Shown piece after piece: positions 28,501 through 39,456 of a stretch of DNA of 64,000 nucleotides. A program made the translations under genes and the position numbers. The notes under the pieces were generated by a model that worked only from the letters and a program-made list of their open reading frames with translations, searched no databases and was not told where the DNA came from. Source of the stretch: an uncultured Candidatus Sumerlaeota bacterium (GTDB lineage Bacteria; CAYMEV01); NCBI GenBank assembly GCA_964389675.1, contig CAYMEV010000004.1, forward strand, positions 1 through 64,000. Reading direction: 5' to 3'. How positions within the stretch are numbered: the first letter of the stretch is position 1; every line of letters begins with the position of its first letter.

Positions 28501-29478
28501 ATGAAAAAAATACTTATACTGGGAATATCCGGGCTGCTGGGATCACAGACAGCTATTGACCTTATAAAGAAAGGTTATACTGTCATAGGGGTAAATAAGG
28601 ACAGGAAACCGTTTTCAAGGCTGGTCACAGAAAACTATTCAAAAATGATAACCATGCTGAATATTGACCTGCTGTGCCTGGATGACCTGAAGAGGGCTAT
28701 CAGTGAATATGAGCCTGATTTTATCATTCATCTTGCAGCACAGCCAATAGTAGTAAAAGCACTGTCAAATCCTCATTATACACTGGAAATCAATATAAGG
28801 TCCGTATATAACCTGCTTGAGGCAGTGAGGGCTATTAATCCTGAAATTCCTCTTATTATTGCATCTACTGACAAAGTATATGGCGAAGGCAAGCCCCCTT
28901 TTACCGAAATATCACCTCTGAATGCAGTATACCCTTACGATGTCTCGAAATTATGCGCGGACAGGATTGCCTGCTCCTACCGGAAAAGCTTCAGTCTCAA
29001 GGTCTTTATAATAAGGCCTGCAAATATTTATGGCCCCGGGGATATCCACAGGTCCAGGCTTATACCGGATACAATAATGAACCTGATAGAGGATAAAAAC
29101 CCTGTATTAAGAAGCAATGGCCAGTTTATCCGGGATTTCATATTTGTTGAAGACATATCAAGAGCAATATGCATACTTATGGAAGCAGTATTGAAGAACG
29201 ATAAAAAACCGTCACCGGTATATAATATAGGATCAGGCAGGCCTAATAAAATCATGGATATAGTTGAAAAGCTCATAAAAATATCAGGCAAGCCACTTAA
29301 GCCCGTGATTTTAGACTATGACCTGAAAGAGATCAGAGAACAGTGGCTTGATATAAGAAAGGTACGCGATGAACTTGGATTTTACCCGAAAATTGATATT
29401 GACACCGGCCTCCAGATTACATATAAGTGGTATTTAGATGCTTCAGAAAATAATAAAGCGATATTCACCATTCCCTGA
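28501..29478 (+). CDS. CDP-glucose 4,6-dehydratase-like SDR
   Basis: GISGLLG, HLAAQPIV, STDKVY, YDVSK; follows rfbF. Confidence 0.8.
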   Translation: MKKILILGISGLLGSQTAIDLIKKGYTVIGVNKDRKPFSRLVTENYSKMITMLNIDLLCLDDLKRAISEYEPDFIIHLAAQPIVVKALSNPHYTLEINIRSVYNLLEAVRAINPEIPLIIASTDKVYGEGKPPFTEISPLNAVYPYDVSKLCADRIACSYRKSFSLKVFIIRPANIYGPGDIHRSRLIPDTIMNLIEDKNPVLRSNGQFIRDFIFVEDISRAICILMEAVLKNDKKPSPVYNIGSGRPNKIMDIVEKLIKISGKPLKPVILDYDLKEIREQWLDIRKVRDELGFYPKIDIDTGLQITYKWYLDASENNKAIFTIP

Positions 29479-30436
29479 GGACATATCCAGAAAAACCTTT
29501 TTAATTACCGGCGCGAACGGATTTATTGGAACGCATCTGATCAGCCTTCTTGTCAGGAACGGTGCAAATCTCATAGCAGTATCAAGAAGAGGCCTGCCCT
29601 ATGGAAGCATGTTCATGCTTTACGGGCTTAAAAAGACTGATATCCATAACCATCATATCTGTGATATATATGATAATAAAAGCATGACTGATATAATAAG
29701 CAGACATAAGCCCGATATTCTCATAAACCTTGCATATGGCGACACAGGCAAAAGGTCATGGAATGATGTTTTTCAGAACATCCCGGCTGAAATTGATAAA
29801 TACCCTGCATTCCTTAATTCTGTAAGCAAGGTGGGACGGCTGGTCCTTATCGGGACATGTGAAGAATATGGATTGAATACCCCTCCTTTCAAGGAATGCC
29901 AGAGGGAAGACCCTGTATCGGCCTATTCCCTCACAAAGACAATACAGTATTATATTTCGAGCTATTTTTCAAAAACCAATAAAAATGATTTTTTATATTT
30001 AAGGCCTTTTACAACATACGGGCCCCTGCAGAAAAGCAGTATGTTCGTATCCTCAGCCATAAGCTCCTTTATTGAAGGCAAAAACTTCAATATGTCTCAG
30101 GGAAAGCAGAAAAGGGAGTTTAATTTTATTACGGATATTGCCTATAATATTATCCTTGCAAGCCTGAAGCATGATCTGCCCGGTTCCACTATCAATATTG
30201 GGTCAGGCGTCTCATACAGGATAAGGGATGTGGCAGTTCTGATAAGGGATATGATTGATAAAAAACTTGATATTATATACAATGATTCAATCAGGAGAGA
30301 TATTGAGATTGATGACCTTGTATCTGACAATAAAATTATGAGAAACTGCCTTTCAGGTCCAGTTGTCAAATTAAAGGAAGGCCTGCGCATTACGGTAGAA
30401 TATCACAGGCGGGTAAAAGGCTATGAAAAGTTATAA
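29438..30436 (+). CDS. NAD-dependent epimerase/reductase (CDP-dideoxyhexose synthase-like)
   Basis: GANGFIG, GTCEEYG, YSLTK, RPFTTYGP. Confidence 0.75.
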   Translation: MLQKIIKRYSPFPEDISRKTFLITGANGFIGTHLISLLVRNGANLIAVSRRGLPYGSMFMLYGLKKTDIHNHHICDIYDNKSMTDIISRHKPDILINLAYGDTGKRSWNDVFQNIPAEIDKYPAFLNSVSKVGRLVLIGTCEEYGLNTPPFKECQREDPVSAYSLTKTIQYYISSYFSKTNKNDFLYLRPFTTYGPLQKSSMFVSSAISSFIEGKNFNMSQGKQKREFNFITDIAYNIILASLKHDLPGSTINIGSGVSYRIRDVAVLIRDMIDKKLDIIYNDSIRRDIEIDDLVSDNKIMRNCLSGPVVKLKEGLRITVEYHRRVKGYEKL

Positions 30437-31679
30437 TGAATTAAAAAAGCACCTGGCTTTTATTATCAGGACAAAACTGAAAAAAGAAAAGGAACTTGAT
30501 TCTAAAATACACTACGGCGGCAGATCATTCGATGAGACTGAGATTATTTCCGGTGTTGATGCCCTTCTTGATATGTGGCTTACTCACAGCAAAAACACTG
30601 ATGCCTTTGAAGAGGAATTCCGGCTTTTTTTTAACAGCCCATACTGTCTTTCATCAAACAGCGGAAGCTCTGCAAATCTTCTTATGATCAGCGCTTTAAG
30701 AAGCAGAAATTATTCCAGAAGAATTCCGGATAATTCAATTGTTGCTACTCCAGCTCTCACATTTCCGACAACTGTAAGCCCCCTGTATTATAATCAGGTT
30801 ACACCTCTTTACCTTGATATAGAGATCAATACCCTTAATATGGATTTAGACAGCCTCTGCAGAATGGCCAGGGAGTACCCTGTAAAGGCAATAATGCTGC
30901 CGCATATTATGGGAAATACGGCCAACATGGATGAACTTATCGATTTTTGCCTTGCAAATAAAATCCATCTGATAGAAGACTGCTGTGAAGCCATGGGTAC
31001 CAGGATACAGGGCAGATATGCAGGAACCATAGGGATTTCAGGAAGTTTCAGTTTGTATGCATCTCATCATATAACCTCAGGTGAAGGCGGCATGATAATT
31101 ACAGCTGATGAAGAACTGCATAATATTATGGTTTCTCTTCGGGACTGGGGGAGGATATATCCCATAACTGACGGCAGGCCCCTTTTAAGAAAACATGATA
31201 TCAGATATACCTATACTGAAGCAGGGTTTAATCTTAAGCAGAATGAAATATTTTCCGCTATCGGAAGGGTACAGCTCAGGAAACTGAACAGGTTCAATGA
31301 AAAGAGGAAAGAAAACTTTGATAAATTATTAGGGTTTATTAATAATTATCCGCAATTCTTTATCCCTCCAAAATCATACAAAGGATCAGAGCCGTCATGG
31401 TTCGGTTTCCCTCTAATACTTAAGGAAAATACAGGATTTGACATACAGCAGCTGAAAACATGCCTCGAAAACCATCTGATCGAGACAAAATCGCTTTTCA
31501 GCGGGAATATCACCCTTCAGCCGGCCTTTGGATCAAGAAGGTACCTGCAGGACAAACTTGACAATACTGATTACCTGATGGATAACAGTATATTTATCGG
31601 GGTATATCCCGGCATCGGCAACAGTGAAATAGATCATATGACATCTGTGATCAGGGATTTTCTGAAAAAATATGAATAG
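30423..31679 (+). CDS. DegT/DnrJ-family PLP/PMP enzyme of RfbH(E1)/ColD type (3-dehydrase-like)
   Basis: NSGSSANL, FPTT, EDCCEAMG, SHHITSGEGG (His in place of the catalytic Lys), RDWGR, PSWFGFP. Confidence 0.85.
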   Translation: MKSYNELKKHLAFIIRTKLKKEKELDSKIHYGGRSFDETEIISGVDALLDMWLTHSKNTDAFEEEFRLFFNSPYCLSSNSGSSANLLMISALRSRNYSRRIPDNSIVATPALTFPTTVSPLYYNQVTPLYLDIEINTLNMDLDSLCRMAREYPVKAIMLPHIMGNTANMDELIDFCLANKIHLIEDCCEAMGTRIQGRYAGTIGISGSFSLYASHHITSGEGGMIITADEELHNIMVSLRDWGRIYPITDGRPLLRKHDIRYTYTEAGFNLKQNEIFSAIGRVQLRKLNRFNEKRKENFDKLLGFINNYPQFFIPPKSYKGSEPSWFGFPLILKENTGFDIQQLKTCLENHLIETKSLFSGNITLQPAFGSRRYLQDKLDNTDYLMDNSIFIGVYPGIGNSEIDHMTSVIRDFLKKYE

Positions 31680-33078
31680 GAAATTCAGATCGCTAATTAA
31701 GGTCTCCTTATTTTTAATCCTGCTGATCCTGCTGTCACATCTTTTCCTGATATTGATAAACAGATCGAGGAAGCCATCCAGAACATCAAGCCCTGAGACA
31801 ACTGATCTAGCAGATTATATATTCACCATGCCGGTGAACGTTTTATATATCAGGGACCTTGAAGGGTTTGTAGGTAAATGCAGTTCAAACTCTACAGCCA
31901 CGGCTTTATGGAACAGCTATCTCAAACAGCCCTATGAGAAGATCCGTAATGACCTTGCAAAAGATATCCCCTTAATTGGCCTTGATACAATAATCTATGG
32001 TATTCTGGGAAACGAGGCTCTTATATATTCAGATACAGGTGATAATATATTCTTACTGAGCAAAACAAAGCTTTTAAGCCAGATTGCGCTTAACTGTATT
32101 CTATATCTTCAGGCAAATAAAAAGGACCTGAGCATGTCTGAAGACTGCTATATACTACCCACCAGCCTCAAGGAATACCCGGAAATCTACATAAAGACCT
32201 TCGGGTCTGTGCTGTCCGTTTCCACGCAAAAAATTCCTGAGAACATGCACCCTGCACAAACAGGTCCATATATCAGTAATATGAATCCTGACATTATACT
32301 GAGCCTTAAAGATGCAGGTACTTTATTAAAGTATGTAAAAATAAGCAGAAGGTCTCCTGCCAGCACCATGCTTAGAATCCTTATTGACCGGAAAATTACG
32401 CTTCTTCTGTTAGGTTTTGAATCAGGTGACCTGTACTGCAGTCTTTTCTCAAGCAGCCTTTCAGATAATTCAGTTTCCATTGGAGAGAACCTTAAGCTTC
32501 TGCAAGGGAGGATTCTCGATAAGTATCCCTTCTTTTTGCATTTCAATACGCCTAAGAGCATAAGGATCGAGAATAATATGCTTTTTTATAATGAATCCAG
32601 AATTATGAATTTTAATACGGACAGCAGTCCGGTATATATATCTACCCCGATAAATCTTCTGGTAGCGGATTCAGATGACAGTACACAATGGCCGCTGATC
32701 CAGGCTGAATTCAGATCCCTTAGGGACTTCTCCAGGATAGAGCAAAGCATGAATAAAAAAAGACTGCCTTTCAGTTTGTTTTTCAAGCAGGACAAAGGTT
32801 TCAGCACAATTTCAACTAAGGCATATGGTGAAAATCCTTACCAGAAGCTTGGAAATGACGATTTTTACAAAAAAGACCATGAGAGACTATATTTTTATTT
32901 TGATTCCTGCAGGTTTTATAGGGCATCGGGCAGGATACTGATGCCTCTGGCATTCATCTATCCCGGAATCACTCCTTTTGCCAGAGGCCTTGAAAATATC
33001 TGCAGGGCAAACGGAAATATCATCTTAAACCTGTATTCTTCAAGATTTGAGACAGTCTTTACAATAACGGCAAAATAG
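31672..33078 (+). CDS. Hypothetical membrane-anchored protein
   Basis: 468-aa ORF with an N-terminal hydrophobic anchor, overlapping the upstream gene. No recognised motif. Confidence 0.6.
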   Translation: MNRKFRSLIKVSLFLILLILLSHLFLILINRSRKPSRTSSPETTDLADYIFTMPVNVLYIRDLEGFVGKCSSNSTATALWNSYLKQPYEKIRNDLAKDIPLIGLDTIIYGILGNEALIYSDTGDNIFLLSKTKLLSQIALNCILYLQANKKDLSMSEDCYILPTSLKEYPEIYIKTFGSVLSVSTQKIPENMHPAQTGPYISNMNPDIILSLKDAGTLLKYVKISRRSPASTMLRILIDRKITLLLLGFESGDLYCSLFSSSLSDNSVSIGENLKLLQGRILDKYPFFLHFNTPKSIRIENNMLFYNESRIMNFNTDSSPVYISTPINLLVADSDDSTQWPLIQAEFRSLRDFSRIEQSMNKKRLPFSLFFKQDKGFSTISTKAYGENPYQKLGNDDFYKKDHERLYFYFDSCRFYRASGRILMPLAFIYPGITPFARGLENICRANGNIILNLYSSRFETVFTITAK

Positions 33079-33224
33079 AAAATAATATCTGTATAACAAT
33101 AAAATGCTAAATTCTTTTATTTTTTGCAATCCATATATATATTTCTCTATAAAGTGCTATATCTTATATTATATTACTATAACATGCTATAATTGGATTT
33201 GAATTTTTTTAATTTTATGATTTA

Positions 33225-33251
33225 TTAGCACTCAGCATTAATGAGTGCTAA
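33225..33251 (+). promoter_or_regulatory. CIRCE element (HrcA operator)
   Basis: Exact TTAGCACTC-N9-GAGTGCTAA upstream of groES. TGCTATAAT extended -10 at 33185-33193. Confidence 0.97.
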
Positions 33252-33277
33252 TAAATTTAGAATAGGAGGTTACAAGA

Positions 33278-33559
33278 ATGATTAAACCTTTGTATGACAG
33301 AGTCTTATTAAAAAGGGTCGCAAAAGAAGAAGAGAAGAAGGGTTCGATAATTATCCCTGACACAGCAAAAGAAAAGCCCCAGGAAGGCATAGTTATCGCA
33401 GTTGGCGATGGCAAGCTTTCAGAAGACGGGAAAAGAATGCCTGTTACCGTCAAGGTCAATGACAAGGTTTTATTCGGGAAATACTCTGGCACTGATATCA
33501 AGTACGGTGATGAAGAGTATGTTATAATGAAAGAAGAAGAAATACTAGCTATTCTTTAA
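33278..33559 (+). CDS. groES: Co-chaperonin GroES
   Basis: [27 protein letters not shown]. Confidence 0.98.
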   Translation: MIKPLYDRVLLKRVAKEEEKKGSIIIPDTAKEKPQEGIVIAVGDGKLSEDGKRMPVTVKVNDKVLFGKYSGTDIKYGDEEYVIMKEEEILAIL

Positions 33560-33573
33560 TAAGGAGGTATTGA

Positions 33574-35211
<1,638 letters not shown>

Positions 35212-35226
35212 AATAATATACTGTCC

Positions 35227-35254
35227 GGGCAGGTCATACGGCCTGCCCTTTTTT
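35227..35254 (+). terminator. Intrinsic terminator of groESL
   Basis: GGGCAGGTC-atac-GGCCTGCCC followed by TTTTTT. Confidence 0.85.
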
Positions 35255-35262
35255 ATTTTATA

Positions 35263-36645
35263 ATGAACAGAACTGCAATAGTTTTCCCGAATGAATCCTT
35301 TGTCGGCCTGAGCAATCACGGTCTTTCCATTCTTTATAACAGCCTTATGAAAGCAGGGTTGAAACCACACAGGTTCTTCCTTGAAAATAAAAACAGGCTG
35401 GTATCAGTAGACACCGGGTCATGTATTGATGATTATGGCATTATTCTGTTCTCGGTATCATTTCAAAATGACCTGGTAAATATAAAAAAGATCTCTGAGA
35501 ATTTTATCAGAAACCGAGAAAACAGGATAATCGTTGCAGGAGGAACAGCCATTTCAATAAACCCTCTTCCTGTATTCAATCTGGTCGATTATGTCTTTAT
35601 TGGCGAATTTGAGGCTATAGCAGAAGACTTTGCCGGAGCATTGAAATCAGTGGACCTGGATAATATAGAACAAAAGCTCAGTCATATCCCCTGCCTTATA
35701 TCGACAAGAGACCAGGAGCTGAGGAATGCTCAGCCAGGATATGCACGCAGCCTGCTGAGAGACAGGTATGCCTTTTTCAAAGAATTTTCATCTTCTCCTT
35801 ATACAGGCATAGGGGATGAGACACATGACCACTGTTTTAAGGACCTTTCACTGATTGAGCTTTCAAGGGGATGCCCATTCGCCTGCAGGTTCTGTTATAT
35901 AGGAAACCGGCTTAGAAATGTAAGATTTAAGGATCCAGACATTGTAACAGAGCATATAAGGAGGTTTTCAAAAAGGAAATGGGGCCTTATAAGCAGTTGC
36001 CATACAATAATACCCGGAATTTCTGAAATATTAAACACCATAATAGAAAATGGCATGTCTTTCTCACTTTCCTCGCTTGACATGGCCAGCGACTATGAAA
36101 CCTATCTTAATGCCCTGGAGATGATTAAGGGTAATAGCGTCACAGTCGCGCCGGAAACATTTTCTGAGAATCTCCTTAAAAATATAGGCAAACCTCACAG
36201 TCCTGAAACCATTCATTCCTTCATAAGCTCCTGCATACGGCACAGAATAAAAAATATCAAGATGTATCTACTCATTGGGCTCCCTGAAGAAACCGGGCAG
36301 GATATCGCAGCTACGCTGGATTTTATTGAATCATTGGCACTGAAATATCGAAATATCAATTTTAATGCCTCATTTTCGCTTTTTGTCCCAAAGCCCTATA
36401 CGCCATTTGGGGACAGCAGTTTTTTATCCTACTCTCATTTTAAGTCTGCCAAAAAATTATGCAGGCATCTGCCCAGAGGAAAAAGAAACCTGACAATTAC
36501 AGTTCCAAACTATAGATATTCATTTATGGATTTTATCCTGTCCAGGGGAGGTATCGATTCTCTTGATTACCTGGATACTGCCCTGAAAAGGGCTAAAACA
36601 GTAAGGGACCTGGATAGCCTGTATTCAGATTTCCCTGCAGGCTGA
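35263..36645 (+). CDS. Radical SAM protein with a degenerate B12-binding-like N-terminus
   Basis: IELSRGCPFACRFC, TVAPE, MYLLIGLPEET, FVPKPYTPF. Confidence 0.85.
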   Translation: MNRTAIVFPNESFVGLSNHGLSILYNSLMKAGLKPHRFFLENKNRLVSVDTGSCIDDYGIILFSVSFQNDLVNIKKISENFIRNRENRIIVAGGTAISINPLPVFNLVDYVFIGEFEAIAEDFAGALKSVDLDNIEQKLSHIPCLISTRDQELRNAQPGYARSLLRDRYAFFKEFSSSPYTGIGDETHDHCFKDLSLIELSRGCPFACRFCYIGNRLRNVRFKDPDIVTEHIRRFSKRKWGLISSCHTIIPGISEILNTIIENGMSFSLSSLDMASDYETYLNALEMIKGNSVTVAPETFSENLLKNIGKPHSPETIHSFISSCIRHRIKNIKMYLLIGLPEETGQDIAATLDFIESLALKYRNINFNASFSLFVPKPYTPFGDSSFLSYSHFKSAKKLCRHLPRGKRNLTITVPNYRYSFMDFILSRGGIDSLDYLDTALKRAKTVRDLDSLYSDFPAG

Positions 36646-36647
36646 AT

Positions 36648-38477
36648 CTAAATATTCTTCAAAAGCTCACTTAATGTAATTATACCCATATTAACATAAT
36701 CCAGGCCAATTTGCCTTATATTTGCAGGCGGTATGCTCCTTTTCAGCAGGTCGAAATCCAGAACAGGCTGTGAAAGAAGCTCTTCTTTCCATTCCTTTGG
36801 GAAATCAATGATCTTGTGAAGCAGTATTTCTCCAAAAAAGCCGGTCGACCCGCACTTTTCACAGCCTCTTCCCTTATATGGCGTTATATTGGGAATTTCC
36901 TCGTCGGTGAGCCCCAGTGATTTAAGCAGCCTGGGATTAAGGTTCATAGGCTCCCTGCATTCATCACATATCTTCTTTATCGGTTTCAGGCATATTATAA
37001 AATTCAATTTTTCAATCAAGAACTCATTTAACAGCTCGTTTTCATAAAGATACTGGAATAGATCAAGTATCTTCTCCATACGGAAATTAGCTATAATATG
37101 CTTTTCTTCCAGCAGTTCATCAAAATATTTCCTGTCAGTAAAAAATAAGAAAGGATTTTTGTCTATGGTCAGATAGTCGCTGTTAATAAGATCATCCAGG
37201 ATATCAATGTCTTCAATGGACGATGCATCCCTTATGTTAAGATAGCCTATATCCTCCATTTCAAAGGGTAATATCTCCTGCAGCGAGAATACGCTGGAAC
37301 CCTTTTCAATGAGATAGCAGTGCAGGCTGTAAATGGTGGCAAGGGTTTCAATCCTTGACTTGCCTATAATGGCTGAAAAGCCGGCAGGCTTTAATAGATT
37401 TGATTTCAGATTTATCAGGCTTTTTTCAGTAATCTTCAGGTCCCTTATCGAGTTCATGAAGTGGTTCTTTGTAATCCTTTCCAGGATAATTTTCTCTATT
37501 TTATCCTGTTCAGCTATGGTTAAAACATAAAGAAGCCTGCTGCCGCTTACCTTCACATCCAGAAGCCCTATGCTTTCAGCCCTGGCATTATCAGTCTCAA
37601 TTCCTGTTTCAGAAAGGAGATGTTCCCTTAACTGCTTATGGATTGAGCTCTTTATCTGCATGTTTGAGATGATATTAGAAAAATATCTCATTTCTACAAA
37701 GCATTCATTGTTCTTGTTTTTTATCAGATGCAGGTTATTGCAGTCCTGCGTTAATGATTTCTTTATCAGTTCTTCTACAAGCTGTTCAATGGATATGGAC
37801 AGGTTCATGCTTTTTGGTTTTACCTCAACAATCCTCTTGATCCCGCTCAGGAACTGGACAATTGATGCTTTGCTGGCTAAATATGGATAAACCTGAAATC
37901 CGGTAATTTCTCCGATTCGTGCAATTATTTCCTTGTCAGGCGGGCTTGTAATAGCAATATATAATATGCTTCGGTTGCCAATATCCTGCAGATCTATAGG
38001 GGCTACATTATTCTTCTCACAAAAATCCATGGACAGATATTTAAATATGTCAGGATCAGGCATTTTTCTCATATCCAGTTCTATCTGAACCAGATCATAC
38101 TGATCAGACAATGCTGATATTATCTCCTGTTCTGTAATATATTTGAGATCAACAAGTACTTCTCCAAGCTTCCTTTTGGTCTCTTTCTGAGTTTTCAGGG
38201 CTTCCAGCAGCTGTGTAGAAGACAGCAGGCCCTTGGCAATTAGAAGGTCTCCGAGCTTATCCTTCGGCATGAGGAATGAGCTTCTCTCCTTCTTTATCTC
38301 TTCAGGTGCATTCGACCAGATTTCCTTCTTGTATTCATCCGAAGCACCGCAGAAGCATTTCAGGCAATATGGGCATACTTTTGTAGGGTGGTCGGCATTG
38401 CATTTGCACCATTCCGCAGAGGTCAGGTCATATTCCATAGTGCAGTACCAGCATTTAATAAGGTATTCGTCCTGCAT
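36648..38477 (-). CDS. Cys-rich domain + MshEN domain + degenerate GspE/PilB-type ATPase
   Basis: Eight-Cys N-terminus; tandem MshEN-like motifs; PilB tetracysteine ICDEC...GCEKCGSTGF. No Walker A or B. Confidence 0.8.
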   Translation of the reverse strand: MQDEYLIKCWYCTMEYDLTSAEWCKCNADHPTKVCPYCLKCFCGASDEYKKEIWSNAPEEIKKERSSFLMPKDKLGDLLIAKGLLSSTQLLEALKTQKETKRKLGEVLVDLKYITEQEIISALSDQYDLVQIELDMRKMPDPDIFKYLSMDFCEKNNVAPIDLQDIGNRSILYIAITSPPDKEIIARIGEITGFQVYPYLASKASIVQFLSGIKRIVEVKPKSMNLSISIEQLVEELIKKSLTQDCNNLHLIKNKNNECFVEMRYFSNIISNMQIKSSIHKQLREHLLSETGIETDNARAESIGLLDVKVSGSRLLYVLTIAEQDKIEKIILERITKNHFMNSIRDLKITEKSLINLKSNLLKPAGFSAIIGKSRIETLATIYSLHCYLIEKGSSVFSLQEILPFEMEDIGYLNIRDASSIEDIDILDDLINSDYLTIDKNPFLFFTDRKYFDELLEEKHIIANFRMEKILDLFQYLYENELLNEFLIEKLNFIICLKPIKKICDECREPMNLNPRLLKSLGLTDEEIPNITPYKGRGCEKCGSTGFFGEILLHKIIDFPKEWKEELLSQPVLDFDLLKRSIPPANIRQIGLDYVNMGIITLSELLKNI

Positions 38478-38488
38478 TTCAATAACCT

Positions 38489-39367
38489 TTATAGAAATAT
38501 TTTATCACTGTAATGGCCATGATATGTCCTGAAAAAGCGTATGCTTCTGTTTTTTGCAATAGGTTCAATAGATTTGCTGATCCTTTCTTCCGAATTATTT
38601 TCCTTGCTAATATGTGCAATTGAAACAGATTCAACAGTGTTTAAATGATAGTCCATAATAAATTTAACCGCATCCTGATTGCTTAAATGCCCAAATCTCG
38701 ATCCGATCCTCTTCTTTAAGTAAGGGGGATATTTCCCGTTGAAAAGCATCTCCGGGTCATAGTTAAATTCCAGGTGCAGAATTCTGGAATTGAGAGAGTT
38801 CCTCTTGATACTTTCAGATATCTCGCCAAGGTCTGTAATATGGCTTATTACAGAGCTGCCTGTCCTTATTATAAATGCAAATGTAGTACCATCTTCGGGC
38901 TTATGCAGACCGGGCAGGTATGCATCGTGGCTTACCGGAATCGGTAATACCTGGAACGATTCAATCCCGAAATCTTCTTCCGGGCTGAAATATACAATAT
39001 TATCAAGTGCTTTATACTCCATTTTCCTGGTGGCTTTTTTCCTGATTGCCTCATACATTTCATGAGTCTTTTTGCTGATATAGACTGGAATACTTATATC
39101 TGCATTATTTGAATAATCAGCAGCATATCTTATATGGTCAAAATGACAGTGGGATATGATAAGTCCCTTTATACCCTTGATATCAATATTATTTTCGATA
39201 AGAGACTGCTTCAGTGTTTTTGAATTTTTTACAGCACTTCTTGACCTCAGCCCATAGGGTATGCCTGCATCGATCAAAAAACCGTTTGAATCTGTGCCTA
39301 TATAGCTGCAGTTACCCGACGAGCCACTTGCTATAGAGACAAAAAATGTTTTTGCTTTCTCTCCCAT
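38489..39367 (-). CDS. MBL-fold metallo-hydrolase, YycJ/WalJ-like
   Basis: SGSSGNC, DAG, SHCHFDH, SHDA, TDLG, LEFNYD, GHLSN, HISKENN. Start placed at ATG 39367. Confidence 0.88.
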   Translation of the reverse strand: MGEKAKTFFVSIASGSSGNCSYIGTDSNGFLIDAGIPYGLRSRSAVKNSKTLKQSLIENNIDIKGIKGLIISHCHFDHIRYAADYSNNADISIPVYISKKTHEMYEAIRKKATRKMEYKALDNIVYFSPEEDFGIESFQVLPIPVSHDAYLPGLHKPEDGTTFAFIIRTGSSVISHITDLGEISESIKRNSLNSRILHLEFNYDPEMLFNGKYPPYLKKRIGSRFGHLSNQDAVKFIMDYHLNTVESVSIAHISKENNSEERISKSIEPIAKNRSIRFFRTYHGHYSDKIFL

Positions 39368-39456
39368 ATTACTATTGACAATCCACAAAATAATGATATT
39401 AATAATATACATTAATTTTTTTCAAATGCAAGATTATTTTTATTATCGAGAGCCTT

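Noticed and set aside
33225-33251. Perfect inverted repeat before groES
   Set aside because: It is the well-known CIRCE operator, so it is listed as a feature and is not novel.
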